From positions 4,905,125 to 4,937,124 of the forward strand of contig NZ_CP126110.1 of the NCBI RefSeq assembly GCF_030123405.1: a stretch of 32,000 bases of DNA, written 5' to 3'. This DNA is from Neobacillus sp. WH10. Its GTDB lineage: Bacteria; Bacillota; Bacilli; Bacillales; Cytobacillaceae. The notes beneath the pieces were generated by a model. That model was not told where the DNA came from, made no database searches, and worked only from the letters and a program-made list of their open reading frames with translations. Of this stretch, positions 16,910-25,999 are shown piece after piece. Each line of letters opens with the position of its first letter. Positions within the stretch are counted from its first letter, which is position 1. The position numbers and the translations under genes were made by a program.

Positions 16910-16938
16910 ATTATAGTCCGTATGAATGAAATAGTCAA
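16910..16938 (-). promoter_or_regulatory. sigma-A-type promoter of the Met T-box operon
   Basis: Minus strand reads TTGACT (16938-16933), a 17-nt spacer, then TATAAT (16915-16910). Confidence 0.7.
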
Positions 16939-17132
16939 GCATGTAAATACACAATTTTCTACAAATTTAGTTGTTATGAATATTGTCCTAATAAGTTCCA
17001 GCTATTTGCTCTGCATTAAAGGTTCAATCTACATTTATTTATCACCTTGGAATTGGTTTTGGTCTTGTCCATTATCGACAAACTCGAATAATACGAACAT
17101 CTTTTCCTTACCACTAGCCTTTATTCCATTTC

Positions 17133-18224
17133 CTAAGTAGTTGTTAATTTAGCATAGATGATAAAAAACAGGGCTAGTTCTCCCATTATGATAATGTTTG
17201 GAACTACTACTATCAAATTAATAATAAAAAAGGTTGCTAAAATCCCTAAAAATAACGCTAAATGATAATATTTTAGACGGTCTTGTTCAAACCTGTATTG
17301 ATGAAAAACAATAGTTGTTGTTATGAAATAGAGTAATACAGAACCGAATACAAAATATAAGTTAAATGAATAACGAACCTCATGGAGATAGAGCAGCTTG
17401 ATGGAAGCAGCAATCATGCTCAAAGACATTAAAATAAACAGATGACCGTAAATAATAGTTTGGCCGGCTGTTTCGATCGACTTATTTACTTTCTTATCTA
17501 CATTTTCGAAATACTGCCACCACATCGAAATAATAAGGATAAATGAAATGATTGAAAATGAGATCGAATTCCAATCCCCTTTTTGTGGCTGAAGTACAGA
17601 AAGGGTGCTGACGACCGATTCTCCAAAAAGGATTAGTGTAAATGTAGCAAAACGTTCTAATAAATGAACCGTATTGGTCGAAGCTTTCACCAAATACTTG
17701 CGTCCGAAAAAAGGCACAATAATATCGACAATAATTCCTATATATAATATGCTGTATCGAATCCATGAATCAAATAAGATAGAGAAAAATGAGATGATGA
17801 TTCCAATCCAAAAACGTGTTCCTAAGTATTGAGCTACCTTTTTCGTATCCCCTTCTTCTACACTCCGAACAACTAGATATTGGATCGCTGTTAGTGATCT
17901 TAATCCAATATAGCCAATAAGAAAAGGGAGATAATATTGATCAAAATCAACCGATAAGCTTGATGTCATAATAAGAACAAACACCATTTGAAGGATCATA
18001 AAGATCCGTTGATGCATAAAATCTTGTCCAAACCGGTTAATAAACATCGTTTGGCCTACCCAAGACCACCAGATTGGAATAAATATTAAAGCAAACTTCA
18101 ATAAATATTCTGGATGAATTTCTCCTTGTTTAACATGAAGTAAAACATGAGTTGCAGTCGCAACAGCTGCAGCAAATAGCAAATCATAGAAGAGTTCTAA
18201 CCATGTAACTTTCTTTTCTTCCAA
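17133..18224 (-). CDS. low temperature requirement protein A (LtrA) family membrane protein
   Basis: 363 aa. The N-terminal VTWLELFYDLLFAAAV signature plus about 10 predicted TM segments. TTG start after GGAGC. Confidence 0.75.
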   Translation of the reverse strand: MEEKKVTWLELFYDLLFAAAVATATHVLLHVKQGEIHPEYLLKFALIFIPIWWSWVGQTMFINRFGQDFMHQRIFMILQMVFVLIMTSSLSVDFDQYYLPFLIGYIGLRSLTAIQYLVVRSVEEGDTKKVAQYLGTRFWIGIIISFFSILFDSWIRYSILYIGIIVDIIVPFFGRKYLVKASTNTVHLLERFATFTLILFGESVVSTLSVLQPQKGDWNSISFSIISFILIISMWWQYFENVDKKVNKSIETAGQTIIYGHLFILMSLSMIAASIKLLYLHEVRYSFNLYFVFGSVLLYFITTTIVFHQYRFEQDRLKYYHLALFLGILATFFIINLIVVVPNIIIMGELALFFIIYAKLTTT

Positions 18225-18646
18225 TTTCAGCGCTCCTTCCTTCTTCTTATAGATTATTGTATGATAAAAATAATTTAAAAGAAAATTGCAAATAATGACT
18301 TCGATGGTTTCAAAACAAAAGATTGGAGGGATCTTCCTGGTAACGGAAATTCAACCATAACGAATGAAAAACATTCAATCGTGAAGGACATTCCATTGGC
18401 TAAGCAATTGGAAAACCGTTTTTATCAACTATTATTTAAAATTCATATTTACTATCTTCAAGATCAAATGGAGCAATATTACGTCCTTCTTGAGGAAAAA
18501 GCTTTCCCGTATTTCAAATCTAGCAAACATGTAATTTATCTAAAAAGATATGGGAAGGAATTATATACCTATTTTAAAGAAACTGGTCAACCATTATAGG
18601 CATTACAAATATCTAATATCTTAGAACAATATTGAGTAAATTCGAA

Positions 18647-18673
18647 GAAGCAAGGGGACGGTTCTCCTGCTTC
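18647..18673. repeat. REP-like hairpin GAAGCAAGGGGACGGTTCTCCTGCTTC
   Basis: Lies between convergent ORFs. GAAGCA/TGCTTC and GGGGA/TCTCC pair around a CGGT loop. Confidence 0.65.
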
Positions 18674-18688
18674 ATAAGTTTGAAGCGT

Positions 18689-19276
18689 TCAACGATCGAT
18701 CTTTTTAAAATAACGATAAATCTTTTCTAGTTTTTTGGTTTGTTTTCCCTTTGGGTTTTCCATATTACCAAATTCAAAAAACTTTACTTGTTTGATTCCG
18801 ACAAAATTGAATAAGGCTTTTTTCATCAATATTTTATGTGAATTATTTAACCAGAGAAGTGGATAGTTTGCAGGTCCCTTCATGGTGGACATACATACAA
18901 CTGATTTTCCTTTCAATAATCCCTCTGGCAGCAGTCCCTTCTTATCCTTGTAGGCAAAATTTGCAGCAAATAATTGATCAATGTATCCCAGCAGCATGGC
19001 TGGAGGTCTTCCCCACCAAATAGGGTAGACAAAGACAATCTTGTCAGCCCAAGAAATTTGCTGTCGATATTTTTCAAGGTGAGGATCACGATACATATCA
19101 CGTCTTCGTTTATGCTCATTAAACACAAGAAGTGGATTAAAGCCCTCCTCATACAAATCTAGCACCTGTATTTCCTTTATATTTGGATTTTCATGACTTC
19201 CTTTGATGACCTTTTGTAAAAATGAGTAACATAAACTTTGATGATTAGGATGTGTGTAAATAACAAGAACTTTCAT
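18689..19276 (-). CDS. flavodoxin-like fold NAD(P)H-dependent oxidoreductase (quinone reductase-like)
   Basis: 195 aa. MKVLVIYTHPNHQS...DLYEEGFNPLL...ADKIVFVYPIWWGRPPAMLLGYID is typical of the Flavodoxin_2 / NAD(P)H dehydrogenase (quinone) family. Confidence 0.75.
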   Translation of the reverse strand: MKVLVIYTHPNHQSLCYSFLQKVIKGSHENPNIKEIQVLDLYEEGFNPLLVFNEHKRRRDMYRDPHLEKYRQQISWADKIVFVYPIWWGRPPAMLLGYIDQLFAANFAYKDKKGLLPEGLLKGKSVVCMSTMKGPANYPLLWLNNSHKILMKKALFNFVGIKQVKFFEFGNMENPKGKQTKKLEKIYRYFKKIDR

Positions 19277-19292
19277 GACGCACCCCTTTTAC

Positions 19293-19373
19293 TTATCATT
19301 TGATAACTAAATCATAGCAATCACCTTTTTTATTGTCAAATGATAATTGTATTTTGATAACATTTTTGTTATC
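19293..19373. promoter_or_regulatory. cluster of three operator-like palindromes in the MarR / oxidoreductase divergent region
   Basis: TTATCA-tt-TGATAA (19293-19306), TTGTCA-aa-TGATAA (19333-19346) and GATAAC-attttt-GTTATC (19356-19373). Confidence 0.45.
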
Positions 19374-19395
19374 TTCACAATAAGAGGTGAGAGAT

Positions 19396-19824
19396 ATGGA
19401 TAAAAAAGCTCTTTTTTTTAAATGTGTGTCTTTTACGACTTCGGTTCATCGTGTGACACACGAATTAACCCAACACGCAAAATCTGATTCCATCACGCCC
19501 GTTCAATATAACATTCTCGAGTATATAACCGTTAGCCAGCCTGTTACCCTTAGTGAAATTAGTGATTGCCAGCATATGTCGATGCCAAATACTAGTCGTG
19601 AGTTAAAAAAATTAAGTGAAAAAAATTTAATTGAAAAGATAAGTGATACCGAAGATCGACGAAAACAGTATATTCGTCTTTCTAAAGATGGAGAAACCAT
19701 GATGAATGAAGCCTTTGCCCATGTAGAATCAAGTTTCCTGCATCGAATACAAAATGCATCAAAAGAAGATTTAGAGGAGATTAACAGTGCCCTTGATATT
19801 CTTCAGACAAAACTATTTTTTTAA
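19396..19824 (+). CDS. MarR family transcriptional regulator
   Basis: Winged-helix pattern (ITPVQYNILEYITVSQPVTLSEISDCQHMSMPNTSRELKKLSEKNLIEKISDTEDRRKQYIRLSKDG). The ATG at 19396 follows AGAGGTGA; the track's start at 19387 is the GTG inside that RBS. Confidence 0.8.
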   Translation: MDKKALFFKCVSFTTSVHRVTHELTQHAKSDSITPVQYNILEYITVSQPVTLSEISDCQHMSMPNTSRELKKLSEKNLIEKISDTEDRRKQYIRLSKDGETMMNEAFAHVESSFLHRIQNASKEDLEEINSALDILQTKLFF

Positions 19825-20002
19825 ATTCAGCCATTTTTTCATGGTAAAAAAATGAGTCGGTTACGTGACTAGGCAACAAAAATATTGCCCCGTCTCACGT
19901 TATTAAAACAAAAATCATTTGAATCACTAAAATTCCTTCCTTTACTTTTTAGGTCATGCAGAAAAAGGAGGATATGAACGATTTTTATGTAAATAAAAAA
20001 AT

Positions 20003-20045
20003 GAACCCAGAACGAATTTACTTTAAGTTAATCCGTTCTGGGTTC
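20003..20045 (-). terminator. intrinsic terminator after the GH101 gene (bidirectional)
   Basis: gaacccagaacg (20003-20014) pairs with cgttctgggttc (20034-20045). atttttttattt follows on the minus strand. Confidence 0.75.
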
Positions 20046-20098
20046 TTGTCTCTTTTCTATTTTTCTACAGTATTAAAACTATCAATCTTCGACAAACT

Positions 20099-23000
20099 TC
20101 AGTTGGTGATCTGTTCAATCCGCAGGTTATCTAAAATAAATGTTCCTGCCCCAGTATCTCCATTCAAGCTGGTTCCATCACTGAAAATTCCAATATACGT
20201 TTGCCCATTTTCGGAACCAGTGACAGTATACTCAGCCTTTTTGGTATCGGTAGATGCAGAAAGTGTATTGTTTATACTCAAACCCTTGACAGCTGCAATA
20301 TCGCGAGCATCAATTTCTTGATCCCCTGAGATAAAACGATAGGAATTGGCAGTAGTTTGATAGTCAAAGGATACTTTATAGGTTACGCCTGGTTCAAAGT
20401 GGAAGTGCTGCGGAATGGTACGATACACTAAGCCTTTGTTTCCAGTATTCACCTTAACAGACCAATTCCCTTTGATGACATCGTCTACTAATTTTTTACC
20501 TGCCCATCCTTTTTGCGTATACGGAGCATGTAATTCAGACAAATGAATTCTATTGTCTTCTACACCTTCCGTATTGCCAATAACAAATGGGTAAATTCCT
20601 TGCACGACCGATTCAAAATCTTGTTCAAATACCTTTGGTGATACTTCATTTTTCAAGGATTTTTGCACTATCCGAATATCATCAAACTTAGTAGTTCCTT
20701 CACCGGCCTCACGGCTGAGAATTAATTCTGCCTTTTTATATGCAGCCGTAAAGCTTACTTGCATTCTTTGCATCTTGCTGTTGTATCCATCATTCGTAGC
20801 ATGTGAATCTGCTTTTACAAAGTTCTTTTGCAGGCTGCGCAGTGTGTAATTGCTTACATTTTTTACTTCGCCATTTACTTTGATTCCGGCCTTTACATCA
20901 CTATTGTTTTCTACATAGACCTCAGCCACATAATCTTTGCCAGGTTCAAGGCCAGTAATGGTACGGGAAACGGATGTATTTTTTGACGGACTGTCGATAT
21001 TCAAGAAATAATCGCCGCTGCTTACATTACGGGCATTTCCAGTTTGATTCGTTCTTACGACACTGACAGCATCCTTGTCTCCAGCCACTTTTGTATGAGG
21101 ATCTTTGACGGTTCCCGAATTAAATCCTGTGTCATAGACATGAGCATCCTTGCTCCAGTCATCGACTTGTAAACCCTTCTCTTTCTTTGGTACAACAATA
21201 TATGGAGTAGCTGCCTCAGCCGTCAAGGTTACCTGATTATTGACGACCTTGACTTTCTGCACATCTGTTCTGCCTTGGTCGGTCAATTTATAGACATAAA
21301 CTTTAGATGCACCAGCATATTCATTTGGAAGTGTCCAAGTAGTTGTTCCGCCTTCTAAATTCCAGTGGTACAGTTTTTCAGAATCCTGAGTTGGATTTTT
21401 AAAGTCTTGCTCCACCCAAGGAATTAAATAAGCATGTTCATCAAGGACAACATTTCCATTAAGCGTAATCACACGTTCTCTGGAATTGTCCTTTCTCGTA
21501 ACAACAACAACATCCCCATTACTTGGGTCCGCCAATTTAATTTCCTTTTCCAAGTTTGTTTTGCTTTTGTCGCCTTCTACATTTGCCCAATCGATAACAA
21601 AATACTTTTGTAAAAATTTCGTTGGTAGATTTGTATCGAATGTCATCCGGATAAAATGGTCAAAATTCTTATCAGATTGCCATCCCTCGAAACCTGCTAA
21701 TTCAAATCCGCCAAGCAACGGATGATCAGCCGTTCCTCCTGATTCAGGCCAATTTAACACCCAAGAATCTTTTTGGTGATTACTAATAAAGCGAAGGACC
21801 TCAGAGTTGATTCCTTTACTGGCTGGCCCGCCGTAGTTCTTATCCGTAGCCCAGTGCTGCCATGTAGAGTAATTGGCCATTGAAGTACCAAACTCCGTTG
21901 CTACCCTCCAGCCGCGATCATGAAATTGCTCTGAAATTCGATCAGATTCCCATTGATCTTGATACCATACATCTAAATAAATGAAGTCAAGACCTGGTGC
22001 AGCTGCTTTTAATTCGTCCAGCCTTTTCGCACGTGTTCCTGAGTACAAATCCTTTAATTTATTGATGGTATATGATTGGTCTAACCAGCCCCAGCCTCTA
22101 GAATTTGGACCGTCAATAAAATCTTCATTGAAAGCTTTGGCTTCAGGATAGGTTTCTTGAGCATTGATATGGACACCAAATTCAGAATTGTACTTATGCC
22201 CTTCACGAATTAGTGTTTTTATATCCTCAGCTCCGCCGATCCGTTCACCAACATTTCCATAATCCGGGTGAGCGCTGTCATGACCTTCATTTCCATATCC
22301 TTTTAACAGTACAGACTGACCCAATCCATCTGTAGCGAGAGCAACCTTTTTAACATTATCCAATGTTTTTAGGAATGGCTGTTGTGCTTGTGAGCCAAAA
22401 TTCATGGCAATTCGTTGGCCAACCAGATTGTTTACATCGTTCGAACCTGGAATGTCTTGCATGATCTCACGGTAAGCAATCGCACCGTCCTGCCAGTCAA
22501 TTTCATTATCACGATTCAAATCATCCGCAATTGCAATTTTCACGGTAGGTTTTTTTGATTGTGGTTTCGACATAAATTCTCTTTGATAATAAAGTAAACT
22601 AGAACCGATACCGATGGCTTTCGTACCATCTTCACTTTGATAACGATTTGCCACTAGGTTACGGTAGCCATTTACTTCCGAACTGGACCATACACCTGCA
22701 CTCAATTTGTCTGTTGATAGGAAAGCAGTATAGTATCTTTCTGAAGTTCCAATGCCTCCCAAAGTTGAATCGACAGTGACATCGACATCCCCAGGTTTGG
22801 TCACATCACTGCTAAGATTCGTTAATTTGGCTTTGGCATTGGTTTGAGCTGAATTAACTGAGATAAAGTTCAGATCGGCCAATTCAACCGTTTCAATTTT
22901 TGAGCTACCGGCATTGGTGATTTCTTCAAAGGTATAGATCACTTTATTTTTGTTCACTTTTAAAGAAACTTTAAATACAGCATCAAGGTTTTCATATTCA

Positions 23001-24475
23001 TCTTTTACCTTTAGAGTATACAGTGCTTCACTTTTGCTCTTCTTTTCAAAGCTTACTTCAGGATAGTAAAGAACGCCGTTCACTTTTAATCCGTATACAG
23101 GAGACTTTTGTCCGTTCATTACCTTGTTGCCAACCCGATATTCGATAACACGCGGGAAGACTTGGTCAATAATAACATTCATATAGTCTGAGCTTAGGTT
23201 ATCCTCTACTGGCGGCGTATTTGGTGCTTTAGGAGGAACATTTTCTTTAATTTTGATGTTTGAAATCGTAATGTCCGCAGCTCCACGGCTTTTTTCAAAT
23301 CCAAGTAACCCTGCTTGATCGACACCGCCTGACAATGTAAAGGTATTCACCTTTTTATCATTAATGTATAAAGTAGCTAAATCATCCGAAAATTTTATTC
23401 GTAAATGATAGGTTTTATTTGCTTCTAATGGCACGTTTGAAGTCATCGCCGTCCAACTGTTAGCAGGGCCAAAGATCTCGCCAAAATAAAGATTGTTCTG
23501 ATCTCCCGTTCCCACATACGTATAGGCAGATGGATTCTGAACACGATAGATGAGGCCAAAACGGTTCATGGCGCTAGTTCCCGGCGTAATATCAGCTTCA
23601 AAAATACCATTCTTAATTGGTTTCATTTTATTGTAGACAATTCGATTTTTTTGAGTAGATGTAACATGGAAAGTTGCTGAACCATCTTGATTATAGGTAA
23701 CTTTTCCGTCGCCCGAGATAATTTTAAAGTCGCCATCTTCTAATTGGTTATCCGAAATGTCGACAAGTTCTTGATCTCCGGGCTCTGTTCCTCCGTTACC
23801 TGGATCTGTACCTCCATCTCCTGGAGAATCTCCTAATTCAAGGAGTACTTGGCTGTTTTTACCTCCAAAAGCACCAAGTTTAACCGCTTCCTTACCTGAA
23901 AGAAGATTATTTATATCATTTGATAAAGTAACCGCTCCAAATAAATCTTTTCCATCTAATGTAACCTTCAAAGCGGTTCCATTATAATCAATTTTTATGG
24001 AATGTTTGGTTCCGGCTTCTGGGAGAGGAACGCTTGGTCTAGTTTGTAACCAGGTTCCGCTGCCTTGATATTTGTATTCATAGAACCACCCTAAGGAGTC
24101 ATAGCCTACAAATACAAAGTTGTTATGATCAATATAATGAGGATAGAAACCAAATCTGGTATCTTCCGCTTTCAATTCTGGAATAAATGTATATTCCATC
24201 GTTCCTGATATGTGAGCTACTGCTTCTTTTTCTTGAAAAATAGCAGCTTTGGCTCCATTGTCATTTCCCGCTCCTGCTCCAAGCCTTGCATAAGCCTTCC
24301 CATTCTGGTTGACCATTTCATTTACTTCATTTCCTCCAGATGAAATGGTAACCCAGGGATTTGTCACTACTGCTTCTGCACGTAATGGCGGAGTGAAACC
24401 CGTCAAAAACATAGGTAAAAATAATACAAAGGCAATCAGGGCATTGGTAACCCTTTTGTAATACTTACTGCGCAA
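20099..24475 (-). CDS. secreted multidomain glycoside hydrolase, GH101-like endo-alpha-N-acetylgalactosaminidase
   Basis: 1458 aa. TTG start after AGGAGG and a signal peptide ending LRAEA. Two homologous ~180-aa ConA/LamG-like modules are joined by a G/P/D/T-rich linker. The central region carries IDWQDGAIAYREIM, GVHINAQETYPEAKAF, DFIYLDVWYQD and RVATEFG, which I recognise as GH101 barrel-like. C-terminal beta-sandwich/CBM-like modules follow. No LPXTG motif. GalNAc catabolic genes are adjacent. Confidence 0.7.
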   Translation of the reverse strand: MRSKYYKRVTNALIAFVLFLPMFLTGFTPPLRAEAVVTNPWVTISSGGNEVNEMVNQNGKAYARLGAGAGNDNGAKAAIFQEKEAVAHISGTMEYTFIPELKAEDTRFGFYPHYIDHNNFVFVGYDSLGWFYEYKYQGSGTWLQTRPSVPLPEAGTKHSIKIDYNGTALKVTLDGKDLFGAVTLSNDINNLLSGKEAVKLGAFGGKNSQVLLELGDSPGDGGTDPGNGGTEPGDQELVDISDNQLEDGDFKIISGDGKVTYNQDGSATFHVTSTQKNRIVYNKMKPIKNGIFEADITPGTSAMNRFGLIYRVQNPSAYTYVGTGDQNNLYFGEIFGPANSWTAMTSNVPLEANKTYHLRIKFSDDLATLYINDKKVNTFTLSGGVDQAGLLGFEKSRGAADITISNIKIKENVPPKAPNTPPVEDNLSSDYMNVIIDQVFPRVIEYRVGNKVMNGQKSPVYGLKVNGVLYYPEVSFEKKSKSEALYTLKVKDEYENLDAVFKVSLKVNKNKVIYTFEEITNAGSSKIETVELADLNFISVNSAQTNAKAKLTNLSSDVTKPGDVDVTVDSTLGGIGTSERYYTAFLSTDKLSAGVWSSSEVNGYRNLVANRYQSEDGTKAIGIGSSLLYYQREFMSKPQSKKPTVKIAIADDLNRDNEIDWQDGAIAYREIMQDIPGSNDVNNLVGQRIAMNFGSQAQQPFLKTLDNVKKVALATDGLGQSVLLKGYGNEGHDSAHPDYGNVGERIGGAEDIKTLIREGHKYNSEFGVHINAQETYPEAKAFNEDFIDGPNSRGWGWLDQSYTINKLKDLYSGTRAKRLDELKAAAPGLDFIYLDVWYQDQWESDRISEQFHDRGWRVATEFGTSMANYSTWQHWATDKNYGGPASKGINSEVLRFISNHQKDSWVLNWPESGGTADHPLLGGFELAGFEGWQSDKNFDHFIRMTFDTNLPTKFLQKYFVIDWANVEGDKSKTNLEKEIKLADPSNGDVVVVTRKDNSRERVITLNGNVVLDEHAYLIPWVEQDFKNPTQDSEKLYHWNLEGGTTTWTLPNEYAGASKVYVYKLTDQGRTDVQKVKVVNNQVTLTAEAATPYIVVPKKEKGLQVDDWSKDAHVYDTGFNSGTVKDPHTKVAGDKDAVSVVRTNQTGNARNVSSGDYFLNIDSPSKNTSVSRTITGLEPGKDYVAEVYVENNSDVKAGIKVNGEVKNVSNYTLRSLQKNFVKADSHATNDGYNSKMQRMQVSFTAAYKKAELILSREAGEGTTKFDDIRIVQKSLKNEVSPKVFEQDFESVVQGIYPFVIGNTEGVEDNRIHLSELHAPYTQKGWAGKKLVDDVIKGNWSVKVNTGNKGLVYRTIPQHFHFEPGVTYKVSFDYQTTANSYRFISGDQEIDARDIAAVKGLSINNTLSASTDTKKAEYTVTGSENGQTYIGIFSDGTSLNGDTGAGTFILDNLRIEQITN

Positions 24476-24663
24476 ATCCTCTCCTCCTTTAAATATACTA
24501 TTTTGATAGAAAGCGATACCTGTAAGCTGTTAAAAAATATAGCGAAAATAACTGCAAATACCACCATCTACTGTAATTTAGCTTACTTTCGTTAAAGCGC
24601 TTACACAATAAAGATATTGTCCAAATTTTTAGTAATATTGTTTTTTTAGTGAATTGCATAAAA

Positions 24664-24690
24664 AAGCGAACAGTGGCACTGTTCGCTTTT
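24664..24690 (-). terminator. intrinsic terminator after agaS (copy 1), bidirectional
   Basis: The palindrome gcgaacagtg/cactgttcgc is flanked by A6 and T4. On the minus strand it is followed by tttttt. Confidence 0.7.
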
Positions 24691-24745
24691 CTAGTAGAGC
24701 ATATCCTATGGAATAAGATTTTTCGTGTAGGTACCCGGTAAGAGA

Positions 24746-24773
24746 GTAAGCAAAAGAACCGTCCCCTTGCTTC
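24746..24773. repeat. REP-like hairpin (reverse orientation), abutting the agaS stop codon
   Basis: The reverse complement reads GAAGCAAGGGGACGGTTCTTTTGCTTAC. The element ends at the first base of the stop triplet at 24773-24775. Confidence 0.65.
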
Positions 24774-25939
24774 TACTTATATTCATAGATGGTGACGCCT
24801 TTTACCACACGATTAACCGTGCCTGTTGGTGAAGGGGTATCCGGTGTATTACCAACTTTTACAGAAGCTAATAGTGATACCGTTTGACCGATCATGACAT
24901 ACGGTAATGCCAGGTAGGCATCCGGTACAGCATGGGCATCACTGTCGAATAAGAACGTGTTCCCATCGTAGTTCGTTTCTCCGTCCACTGAGATTGCACA
25001 TATACCGTTTGCAATTTTATCTTGCTGCAATTCTTTTAAAATATCCAAATCGTATTGACGTGTATAAGACTGGTTTGAAACAAACACAAACACCAACGAT
25101 TTTTCATTTACAAATGATTTAGGACCGTGCCTAAAACCCAACGATGAATCAAAAGCAGTAACAATTTTACCAGCTGTTAGCTCTAAAACTTTTAACTGTG
25201 CTTCTCTCGCCAACCCTTCTAAGCTTCCTGAGCCTAGATATATGATCCTCTCAAAATCGCAATCGATGATAGTTTGGATATCCTCTTCACGAAGAATGAC
25301 ACTTTCACCCATTTGGCGAATCGTTTGGACAATTGCCCATTTTTCTTCCACTAACAGCGGATCAAAAACGAGTAATGCCATGAGCGTCATGCACGAATAA
25401 CTTCCCGTCATGGCAAATCCTTGATCATTGGCTCTATCGGGCATTAACAACAAAAGATTGCTTTCATCGCCTTCTGCCCTTTTCGCTAACTCACCATCAA
25501 TTGCACAGGTAATGGTTAGCTGATAGAAGTTCTTTACTAGTTGTTCAGCTACTTCTACGGCAGCCACACTTTCAGGGCTGTTGCCGCTTCGAGCAAATGA
25601 AACCAACAAAGTTGGGAAATCTGCTTTAAAAAATTCATAGGGATTAGATACCAAAGTGGTTGTTGGAACACTTAGAAATTCCCACTTTTTTTCATCCACT
25701 TTTCCTTTTAAATAAGGAGTGACCGTATCACCGACATAGGCAGAGGTTCCAGCACCTGTAAAAATGACACGGATTCGTTCATGTTGTTCAGCCAGTTTTT
25801 GCAAAAATGTTTGAATCTCTACTCGTTTCTTCGTATACAATGAATAGGTTTCATCCCATAAATCTGGCTGCTGCTTAATTTCTGCTGTTGTAATCGATGC
25901 TCCTAGAGACACTAATTTTTCTTGACTAAAAGTAAACAT
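24773..25939 (-). CDS. agaS: SIS-domain sugar isomerase, AgaS-type galactosamine-6-phosphate deaminase/isomerase (paralogue 1)
   Basis: 388 aa, tandem SIS architecture (RVIFTGAGTSAYVGD...SFARSGNSPES...IYLGSGSLEGLAREAQLKVLELT...GFRHGPKS). Sits among GalNAc pathway genes. Confidence 0.75.
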   Translation of the reverse strand: MFTFSQEKLVSLGASITTAEIKQQPDLWDETYSLYTKKRVEIQTFLQKLAEQHERIRVIFTGAGTSAYVGDTVTPYLKGKVDEKKWEFLSVPTTTLVSNPYEFFKADFPTLLVSFARSGNSPESVAAVEVAEQLVKNFYQLTITCAIDGELAKRAEGDESNLLLLMPDRANDQGFAMTGSYSCMTLMALLVFDPLLVEEKWAIVQTIRQMGESVILREEDIQTIIDCDFERIIYLGSGSLEGLAREAQLKVLELTAGKIVTAFDSSLGFRHGPKSFVNEKSLVFVFVSNQSYTRQYDLDILKELQQDKIANGICAISVDGETNYDGNTFLFDSDAHAVPDAYLALPYVMIGQTVSLLASVKVGNTPDTPSPTGTVNRVVKGVTIYEYK

Positions 25940-25999
25940 ATCTAACGCTCCTCTTCCTACTTCCCAACATTCCCTTCACAAAGGAAGGCTGGTGATTCC

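Noticed and set aside
16922-17140. 72-aa ORF on the plus strand
   Set aside because: It overlaps the minus-strand promoter of the Met T-box operon. It has no RBS and an AT-rich, low-complexity translation.
18381-18599. 72-aa ORF (MKDIPLAKQLENRFYQ…) as a real gene
   Set aside because: It has a GTG start and no SD, with no recognisable domain. It could be a gene remnant, but there is not enough support to list it as a feature.
19956-20321. 121-aa ORF on the plus strand downstream of marR
   Set aside because: It spans the GH101 terminator hairpin and then runs antisense to the GH101 3' end, so it is a frame artefact.
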